Origin: the human T2T-CHM13v2.0 reference genome, Homo sapiens
Assembly (NCBI RefSeq): GCF_009914755.1
Contig: NC_060925.1
Direction: 5' to 3' (one strand)
Length of the DNA: 64,000 nt
The translations under genes and the position numbers were made by a program. Position 1 is the first letter of the stretch, and every line of letters begins with the position of its first letter. Shown piece after piece: positions 54,346 through 64,000 of this stretch. The notes under the pieces were generated by a model. That model made no database searches. It was given only the letters and a program-made list of their open reading frames with translations, and had not been told where the DNA came from.

Positions 54346-54419
54346 GACTGATCATAGATGTTTACAGTTAACATATATTACTTCCGTTTTGTTTTTAAAT
54401 CTCTATTTTAAAAAGCTTG

Positions 54420-54910
54420 TTTGACCTGGATTCCATTCACCTAAGGGTACATATTATCAACATGACTTACTACCATTGATATCAATCTTGATTGCCTGGC
54501 TAGTTAGTATTTTTCAGGCTTCTCTTCTGTAAAGTTACTCTTTTCCAACTCTTTACATATTATACTTTTCGGAAAAAAGTCACCACGCTTATTTCACACT
54601 TAAAAAGTGGGAAGCCATGCTTCACTTATTTCAGGGCAGGGTACATAGATTTTTAGTACACATATCTTTCACATCTTTCACAAGTCAGATTTATCCCTAG
54701 TACTGTATAATTTTTATGCTATCTTAAATGGTATTGCTTTAAGTTTTAATTTTTAATTGTTTGTTGTTAGTGATTAGAATATATTTGATTTTTGTATATC
54801 AATCTTGCAATATACCTAATCTTGTTTGTTCTAGTATCTTTTTGTAGATCACATTAGATTTTCTTTGTAGAGAACAAATAAGAGTAGGAAATAAAAATAA
54901 TTTTACTTAT
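54420..54910 (-). mobile_element. L1M fragments (MC-like 3' region and ORF2)
   Basis: catgacttactaccattgatatcaatcttgattgcctggct...ctgtaaagttactc; aaatggtattg...atttttgtatatcaatcttg...tctagtatcttttt. Confidence 0.55.
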
Positions 54911-55831
54911 TTCCAAAATAATAATAATGTGAGAAAGCAGTCTTAACTAATGGGATGAGCACAGAGTCCAGTTAAAGTCATACTTCTTTATGTAAAGTTA
55001 CCAGTGTTGGGTAACTTCAAAATGGGTGGCAGAAAAATTTACATGAGAAAATAATTATTTTTAATTTCCTACCCTCTCTAAAAAGACATTTAGCAATGGG
55101 AGGCAGTTTACTACATATTCACCATATTTAATTCATTCATTCAACAAATATGCCTAGCTACAAATTTCATCAAATTATTTTATTCTATCATGTATCAATT
55201 TTCTAACTGCTAAAAGTGTATAATTTATAGTGTTAGAATGATAAATAAATACATAATTAACTACTCAACATTTAGTAACTGATACTAACTGTTAGCTATA
55301 TGCTGATCTTGCTAACAGAATACATAAAATACGTTTTAAAAGCAAAATAACATAGAATGGAGACTAAAGATCATAATGCACATTGACGCAATTAAAAACA
55401 AACATTCCTACATAAACTCATTTCTATAATTTTACCTTTGTCTTAGCAACTTCACTTTTTGACATAGTGAACAACTCATATTTCACATGTACTCACCATT
55501 GTAGCTTTTTAAAAAATAATGGACATACTATACACACTCCTATATTATTTTATATTTCAATGCTGAAATTTTAATTAACATATACATATACTCAATAAAA
55601 ACAATAAAAAATATGACTCATTCTCTGGAAAATTTCATTATTAAAATTACTGTTATTTTATAATGATAACATCTCATTTTGTTGTGCCCTAGGTATAATG
55701 AAACACTCTTTTTATTATAATAAAATGCAATAAAAAGTGTTCTTCCCTGTGTTACTGCTGTTATTTTGAATTATCCTTATAAATTTTCTGATAATGAGGG
55801 TAGGCTATCATCAAAAGATGCCTCCATTAAA

Positions 55832-56100
55832 ATATAACAATGATGGTAATAGCTTAAAACTTGTATTGTACAGCTGAAAATTCATTTGTACACATATCTC
55901 TTTTCATCCACATACCAATTCTGTTAGGTGAATATACTTAACCCCATTTTACAGATGTATCCCCATTTATATGACAATGATCATAATAGCTTAAAACTTT
56001 TATTGTACAGTTTAAAATTCACTTTCACACATATCTCTTTTAATCCACATACCAATTCTGTTAGGTAGGCATTATTATTATCCCAATTTTATAGATGTAA
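55832..56100. repeat. Tandem duplication (period about 137 bp) of a reverse MIR segment
   Basis: atataacaatgatggtaatagcttaaaactt...cataccaattctgttaggt at 55832, repeated from 55969. Confidence 0.9.
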
Positions 56101-56769
56101 GTACTAAAAAGCTAAGTTGTTTTCCTTGTCCTAAGCAACACAGCTAATTAGGGAAGTTAATTTTTCTCCACTGCTTTTAATCACATTAAACTGATCCTTC
56201 TATTCAACACATGAAGTTAACATTCTATGAAAATAAAACTGGAATCTCTGAGTCTACATTGATCACAAATTGAATGTATCCTCTCAATACACTGTTTTAG
56301 TCCTTTATATCTTTGATAGAAGTGAACATCCTAATTATGCCCATGAGTTACATATATGAGATGCCTTCACCCCACTTCAATAAAACTCTTTCTTAATGCC
56401 AATATAAAAAATACTCTACATTAATTGGTAATTGTGAAAAGAGACTCAGGGAGAGAGTCTGAATCAACAAAAGAGGAAAATATAGGAAGGAAAGGGAAAG
56501 ACAAAGAAGGAGGGTGAGACAGAGAAGAGAGAACAAACATCCAGGAGTAGTGATGTGAATTATTTGCTTAGTTACCACAAAAGTAATAATTACACTAACT
56601 CTGTGGGAACAATGGTAATTTCACAGTAGCTCACGTTACTGTTATCACCTTATATCCTGATAACTGTGAAATTAATTTGTGGCACTACTGTATGTGTCGG
56701 CCATAAGCTGTTCCCTTGGTAACAGTATTATGCTACCATAGAGAAGGAATGTTTGGCAGTAAAATGGGC

Positions 56770-57900
56770 AGCAGCAAGCTGATTACACAGGGAAAAGCTT
56801 CTATCTAAATACACATAGCATAACAATCACCCCTGGAAAAACTACATGGCTTACCAAAAGAGGTCTCTCTGTTCACTGTCCATTATCTGTTGACTGAACT
56901 AGTTCAAATGAATAACAAGTAATGATCAAATTGCCAGTTTATTTTTTACAACAGAGTCTTATCTTTAAAAAAATGCAAGGAGGAAATACAAAAATGTAAT
57001 ACATTTATCTTGCTTTCTTTTCTATTTCCTCCCCTGAAATTATTACTATGCTATTGGAAGCCATACAAACACATATATACACAAATATACATATGCTTCA
57101 ATGAAAAGCAGGCATGCAGCTGACAGCTCGGCAACCCTGAGGTATAAACAAAGATACCAGACATATTTTTTGAAATAATTTTGCTCAAGGAAATTCATTT
57201 CAGTAGGAAGATCAGTTACTCTGCTGTCTCCTACCTACAAAGTTACAGAAGGAAAAGTTCAACATTTGGCCAAAAGGATAGTAGCTTACATTTCTTTTTT
57301 TTCCTTTTTCAGCACAGAATTTTGAAGAGAGAATACACTAAAAGGGAAGAACATAACTACATGACATCATAAGAAGTCCTGAATTAGAAGCGTATATTTG
57401 AAAGGTCATGCATCCTGAGCTGCCAACAGCTTAACAACCAGAGGCAGAGGCCAGCTTTGCCAGCTCACTGCTTCTACTCATCTTTCATGATAGTAGCCAG
57501 GCTGAATATAGTTCCAGGATGATAATGAATTGGCTGGGCATACTGTTTATATTAGTATGTATGTTCCTGTACTAAACCAAGCATCATGAGGCCAGCACTA
57601 TTTTGCCATTTTTCAGAAAAAAAATATGAACCCTTCAAAACATAGTAAGCCTTTTTTAAAGTATATATTTGATTTTGAAATAATCAAAATATATGTAGGG
57701 ATATGACTGCATCCTAAGATTTATGATAAGTTCTGATGAGTAATATTTTCTTTCTACATGCAAGGCAAAGTTAATAGTAACTAGAAAGTCTTTATTTGGC
57801 ATATCATAGATTTCTGTCAACCAAAACAACTAACTCTGGGGAACATAACGTTCTGACAACTTCAGAAGAGTTAAGTCACAGACAAAAGTTTATTGGATTT
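56770..57900 (+). ncRNA. DPYD-AS2: Probable location of antisense lncRNA DPYD-AS2 (tentative)
   Basis: From memory, DPYD-AS2 is a short antisense lncRNA in intron 3 at about this distance from exon 4; I cannot verify this here. The sequence shows repeat-poor DNA, an upstream RFX X-box (56710-56723), a + strand donor-like gag|gtataa (57141) and a strong acceptor tttctttttttcctttttcag| (57312). Confidence 0.35.
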
Positions 57901-58254
57901 TAGTTGGCTCCTACCCACCAATTCTTTCTTTTCCAAGTGGAACATAATAGATTTTCAATATTTGTTAAATAATTGAAAAAATATCCTCAAAATTCTTTTT
58001 TGGCCATCTTCCCAACAAGAATATGGTCCTAACCTATATGTAGAGTCCTTTGCTGTGTCATCTATTTCTTCAGAATTATTCTCCTAATTCATATGTCTGG
58101 ATAGTCTCTCTGAATTGTTATAGAAAATTAAAAATGTGAACTATGAAATTAATTTTTAAACTTTTATAACCATCTAGTCATACACAGAATAACCACAAAT
58201 ATAAACATGGTTTCAAAGAATTCCCTGTGACAATCAAGCAAATAGTGAAATAGT

Positions 58255-58580
58255 TTCTGCTATTATGAATTTATCACTTACTCAGTGTATGACCATGGGC
58301 AAATATCTTCACCTCAATCCTGTGAGGCAGGTACTATTATTCTACCCATTTTAAGTATAGATTTGCAATATTTGTTAAATATTCAATATTTGTTATTATA
58401 AAATGAGTATACTAATAGTACCTACCTCACAGTATTGAGGTGAAGATATTTGTCCATGTACGTACAATATGGGCATAATAATAGTACCTACCTCACAGGA
58501 TTGTTATTAAGAATAAATAAGATAATCCATACAAAGTATTTAACACATTATTGAAAAATTAAATGATCAAAATAAAGCTT
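58255..58580 (+). mobile_element. Rearranged MIR containing a 60-bp inverted repeat
   Basis: MIR motifs tgaccatgggcaaat...acctc and ataataatagtacctacctcacaggattgtt flank the inverted segment. Confidence 0.75.
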
Positions 58581-59849
58581 GTTGTTATTGTTATCTTTTA
58601 ATAAATGCATCTAAAGTATTTTTAAATGTATTCACTTCAGTTATTTAAAGTTTCATCTGCTGTATCACAGAGCACATATATGTTCAGAAACATTTGTTAA
58701 GTATCTATGTACCAGATAATAAAGGTGGTATTGAAAAAAGAATAGGCATTGTAACAGGCAGACAGGAGTATAAAGTCCAGCCTTGCCACTTATGAGACTC
58801 CCATCTTCAAATTATGGAACCTTTCTGAATCTCCATTTTATACCTATAAAAAGGGGTAGACATTACATCTCTACTTGCTTCTTATCATTAAATTAAAATT
58901 CATATTCCTTTCTATGGCAAGGAAACGAGTCCTGTATAGTCTTGTAATTCATCTCCCTCCACCAAACTTCATCCACACTGACTTCTTTAGGCCAAGCTTG
59001 TTCCTATATCAAGGTGAGCCTGGAAGCCTGTACACTGTTCCACAGTGGTACACCTCCTCTAGCCCTATAGAATGCAAAATGGAAGCACAGAGACATTATA
59101 CAATGGTTAGCCAGTCACATTACATCAAGTAAAAACAACAAGTTACCATGAAGTTTATTTATTGGAGTGGCTTCAGTATTTCTTGAGAAACACAAATGAT
59201 GACCCTGATTTGTATGATCAATCAGCAAGTTTTCAAAAAGGTTACTGAGTATATGACAGTAATTTCTAGAGCCAAAGATATACCCGCATGAATAAGCTTT
59301 CATCCTGAAAAAAAAATCACCTTCTGAAACTCCATGCTAGTTATCTGAAATAATAAAGGTGAAGTACAAATTATGTGATCTATCATAACCTGAAATAAAC
59401 ATATGTTGCTACTCTGTGATTTGGTCTTTATCCCAGTCTGACCCATTTCTTGAGACTGTTACCTCAAGATGCTCTCCCATGGAGCTTTCACTGAGAATAC
59501 TTTAATCCATTTTCTTAAAAATCCATAACAAAATTACTAAGATCTCAATGTCTTATCAAAACTTTTTTTGTCTCAAAAATGATACATGAAAAAGATAATC
59601 TTCAATAAATGCAGGTAAAGTATTTTATACCTGCAGCATTGAATTGTTCCACTGGAGGGTAGCAGGGGGAAAGAAAGTTCACGTTGCCTAGAACAGAACC
59701 TTGTTGTTACCTTAAAGTGTGTTCTTTCTGAATTTTCTAATTCAATCATCATCTCTTCCAATGCACATCTCCAAACCTCCCATTTCACTTGTTCAATTCC
59801 CCCATTAGTAGTGATATTTATGCTCCTCAGGATCTCTGTGTAGCAAAGT

Positions 59850-60095
59850 CCTTTAGCGAAGGCACAAGAACTAGACTATAGAAACATTCAAATTCCATAT
59901 TTGCCATTTATTTTTTGTATAAAGGTAGATGTCTTCATATTAACTGTAAAATTAAAGTAATAATGGTAGTTTAAATTTAAGTAATAATACCTACTTCATA
60001 GGAGTGTCACAAGAATTGAGTAAATATATGTAAAATATTTAGAAAAGTTGTTTGCACATAGTAGGTGAGCAACAAATTATAGCTATTATTATTAT
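59850..60095 (+). mobile_element. MIR SINE
   Basis: ttcaaattcc...ctgtaaaatt...taataatacctacttcatagga...tttgcacatagtaggtg...agctattattatt. Confidence 0.6.
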
Positions 60096-60883
60096 TGACT
60101 TCTCTTATTTTTTCTTATCTATTTACTTCAAGTTTTTACTGTTCAAATTCTATTTTTCATCACTTCAAATAACTCTTTATAAAGAGCCCCCTTGCAGTTC
60201 TTCCATCATGCCTTTCTTAGAATATCCTAAGTCTAGATGAAAATATCCATGTCCACGGTGAAAACCTATGCAGAAAACTAGCCTCATGGTCTAACCTCTG
60301 TCACAGATCGAGCTCTCAACACTGCACAGCAATGGAACTTAACTTCTTTGGTCAAACTCCCACTCTCCCATTCCCCAGAATAACTCATTAAAACTTTCCT
60401 CTTTCTCTTCCAATTTCCAAGCCAGTCCTATTCCATTCCTTCTTCCTCACCAGATAACCTTTCTTTCTACTTCTGTGACAAAACAAAGTTTTCAAGTGGC
60501 ACTCCCAAATAGTGCTGCCACCATCTCTGTGGACCTATTTGTAACTGCCACTGTCTTTTTTTCTGTCTGTTATCATGATGCTGTTTCTGACCCTCCTCCC
60601 AGTAAACAGGAATCCCCACAAGTGTAACTAGATTCCATCTCCTTCCACCTTCTGTAGAGTCAAATGCTTTTAACTTTCATCTCTTCTGTTGTTTCTTGGA
60701 GCCTCCTTAATACCATTTAATTATTTTTGATTGTTCCAATCTGATAACATTTCTCCCTGAGTCTTACATCTCCTTCCTCCTCTGCACAGCCAAAAAGTAG
60801 GAAAAAGTTTGTCATCTATAGTGACAATCTCCATTTCCTTTCTTTGCATTCATCCATCCATTCATTCTACAACCTATTCCAAT

Positions 60884-61226
60884 TGTTATGGACTGAATGT
60901 CTGTGCCTACCAAAATTCACATGTTGAAGCCCTAATCCCAGTGGGAAGCCTTTGGTGGGTAATGAGGTCATGATGGTGGAGCCAACATGAATAGGATTAG
61001 TGTCCTTCTAAAAAGAGGACAGAAAGCTAGTTAGGTCTCGTTCCACCATATGAGGACACAGCAAGAAGACAATACTCTGAAAGTCAGAAAGAGGGCCTTC
61101 ACCAAGAACCTCTACTGGCTCCTTGATCTGAAACTCCTAACCTTTAGAACTGTGAGAAGCAAATGTTCGTTGTTTAAGCGATCCATTGATGGCATTTTGC
61201 TATAGCAGCCAAAACTGACCAAAACA
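60884..61226 (+). mobile_element. MLT1A-type MaLR solo LTR inserted in an L2
   Basis: TG...CA termini (tgttatggactgaatgt...ctgaccaaaaca); perfect 5-bp TSD ccaat (60879-60883, 61227-61231). Confidence 0.9.
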
Positions 61227-61289
61227 CCAATTTAGCTTCTGTTCCTACTCCTCAAATGGATACAGCTTATGTCACTAATTATGGCCCTG

Positions 61290-61560
61290 CCACGAGCTTA
61301 TATTTTACTGAGAGAGATGCATTAAAGATTTTTAAAATGTAAGATATATAGTATATTAGATAGTTGTAAGTTCTCAGAAGAAAAATAAATTAGAAAAATG
61401 GATAAGAAGTGTTAATGCTATAAGTTGAATTCCAATTTTATATGGTAGCCAAAAAAGGCGAACCTGAGAAGGTAACATTTGAGGAAAGAACTGAAGGATG
61501 AGAGGAAGTATCTGGGGGCATGCAAATATCTGAGGGCAGAGGGATCAGCAAATGGAAAGG
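61290..61560 (-). mobile_element. L2a fragment
   Basis: gagcttatattttactg...ctgagaaggtaacatttgaggaaagaactgaagga...gcaaatatctgagggcagag. Confidence 0.6.
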
Positions 61561-64000
61561 CCCATTATTTTTCTCTCTCGTGTTTCTTTTTTCCTGTATT
61601 CTGTGAAACTGTTTTATGGTTTGCCTCCTCTCCCTTATTGAAATTTCAACCATGTGCAGTAACTATTCACTGCTTAGCATGTTTTTTTCCAATTTCTGTA
61701 GTTCTTGTCTCAATTGTTTAATTTAAAATGTGATAAAGATTATTTATTTTATTATTTGACTAGTAGTGTCTAATTTTCATACAAACTTAACATATCTCCT
61801 TTTAATATTTTAGAAGTAGGATATAAAATATAAATAAGAAATTAAAATTAAAATTCATCAGTATATCAATTGAGCTTTTACTTTGTAAAGGGCACTATGT
61901 CTAACAGAAAAAATGATGCAAAGAAGCCAGATTGTAGTGGGTTGAGGTATGACTGGGAGGTAAAGACGTAGAGTCACGCTGTTCAGACTACATATTCAAA
62001 AAGCTTGGCAGTGAAATGCCTTCCAGATAAATTTGTAGTTGGATACAGCACAATTCTGACAGTTGGCTCTAGCAAATTCTTTCAGGTTTTTAAAACTATT
62101 TAATTATGAACATATGAACATAAGCCTTAATTAAGACAAATCTTTCTTCTGCCTGAATAAGAACTGCCAAAATGTCAGAGGGCAAGACTAAAAGTTCCTG
62201 TCTGAACTCATTTTACAGTCTCCACATTTGCAGACTGTATAATGCTCCATACTACCAGCAATCACTCAGCACATTCTCACACTGTTTTAGGGTCACCTCT
62301 TCTGCAGTAGGAACTTTGGACTTACACAATAAGAAATATATAAGGAACCACAGAGTCAGAAGCAGCTTGTACTACTCAAAGCACAATTTTCCTTTTGGGG
62401 CCTCAGATCTATCCCTCAGATATTTCTTTTACCAAGACTCCCAACTATATCTTTTCAAGATTCACTGTCAAGAGACACCTGACTTTTGAGATCTTATCCT
62501 CCCTTAGTATAGAAGTCCCAGTTCTCCCACTTATCCTTCTTGCCTTGGTTGAACTTTCTAAAACCTAGATCTCTTGCCATTAAAAGTGTCAAATTTCCAC
62601 AAATCCACAAAATCAATCCTTTTTCTCCTATGCTATAGTCCAAGATGTTGTCCTGAAGTAATTTCAGACTATTTTTCAAAAGTTCTATTGGATCCTATGT
62701 CAATTTTTTTGTGATGTTTGCTGTTCGTTTAATTCACAACATCTTTTCCTCAAACTAAACTGAACTGGCAAGAAACAGATACCAGCAAAAAACTGATACA
62801 GGCAAAGTTTAAATGATTCAAAGTTTACTTCTTACATGCCTTCAACATAAAAGTTTATTAATCTTTCAAAATGAACATATTCTCTCAAACTGAAGGTATG
62901 AAATTATTACAATGAAAAGAAACTAAATATATTAAATACTGTATAATTATCTCATTTATATGGCTAAGGTTATTAGCTTATATATGGTGTCTTTAAAATA
63001 ATTCCCATTTGCAGTTACATTTCAAACTGCCGATTTGACGCACCAGTCAGGAGGAATGCCACGACTCCTGCTGTGCTAAACTTACTGAAACAAATAGGAA
63101 AAACACTTTATTGTGTTTTGTTCCTGTTTTACTATTTTGTAATTGGACTACCCTACAGGAAATACTCTTCTTTATAATATATCACTAAGTTACTATAATA
63201 ATCTTGTTTCATGCTCTTCCTTTACATATATTCCTGAATTATCATTTGTCATGGGTAAAAATAGTATGACAGAAAAAAATTGAGACATTAATCAAAAAGG
63301 TGTTTTAAAATTACTGATAATGGTGATTGCTCTTAATTACATGATTGAATGTATATTCAGAGAATGAAAATATGGACACACATACTTCTATCCAAGTATC
63401 TATGAAATGGGACTACACAAAAAACAGAGAGATGAGAAATATTTTGAAAAATGTGACTTCTCCAATTTTTTAAGAAAAAGATTAACAGCATATATTTCAT
63501 TATTAAAAGACTACAAAGTTCCCCTTCTGATTATTAAATGAAATATGGCTGAAAAGTTAAAATTTCCTTGTATATAAAGCAGTCTTGAAATTCACTCCTG
63601 TAAACTATGACTTAGGGTTATATTTCATTATGCTTATATATTACCATGCGTTACATGGTTAGTTTTACCAAAGCAAATAACTTTTATGAAAAGTGCTGAT
63701 ATCTTTATTGATGAATTTAAAGTGTTAATTCAGAAAATACTTGGCAACTCCACCTCATATGTACCTGGACTTAAAATATCAAGACCATTTTTAAAGTGAA
63801 AATAACTTTGAAAATATTTTGTCACTGAAGCAGTGCAATTCATTTAAATGGTTTTAAATCGAAGTAGTTTTATGAACAATTGTGCTAAATAGCAATGAAA
63901 TTTCATTTCTAGTGAATAATGAAAAGTCTCATCACAGTCTATTAAAAAAACAAAATTTGTTGTTATATTAAACGTTATTTTTCTTGACCCTTATTCTCAT

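Overview
This is AT-rich primate genomic DNA (human or great-ape-like; AluJ, AluS and AluY are present), not prokaryotic. The only real coding segment I can support is an 88-nt minus-strand exon at 245-332. It translates to (R)[29 protein letters not shown], which is exon 4 of DPYD (dihydropyrimidine dehydrogenase, N-terminal Fe-S domain). The rest of the window is DPYD intron 3 (333-64000) plus the start of intron 4 (1-244). It is filled with Alu, L1, L2, MIR, DNA-transposon and LTR relics, and the supplied ORF track looks spurious throughout. The most unusual structure is at 33234-34888: an LTR1 5' LTR with a tRNA-Pro primer-binding site and HUERS-P-type leader runs directly into a decayed, uninterrupted ZNF131-like zinc-finger coding fragment, a possible retroviral capture of a cellular mRNA. 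Other points of interest: a 60-bp-stem hairpin inside a MIR whose loop is copied from 410 bp upstream; several short local duplications; a candidate poison pseudo-exon with a perfect donor; a (TG)17(TA)22 tract abutting tail-to-tail inverted Alus; a near-complete MaLR provirus; and motif-dense enhancer-like blocks. Repeat subfamily names come from remembered consensus sequences and were assigned by eye, so boundaries are approximate unless target-site duplications (TSDs) are given.
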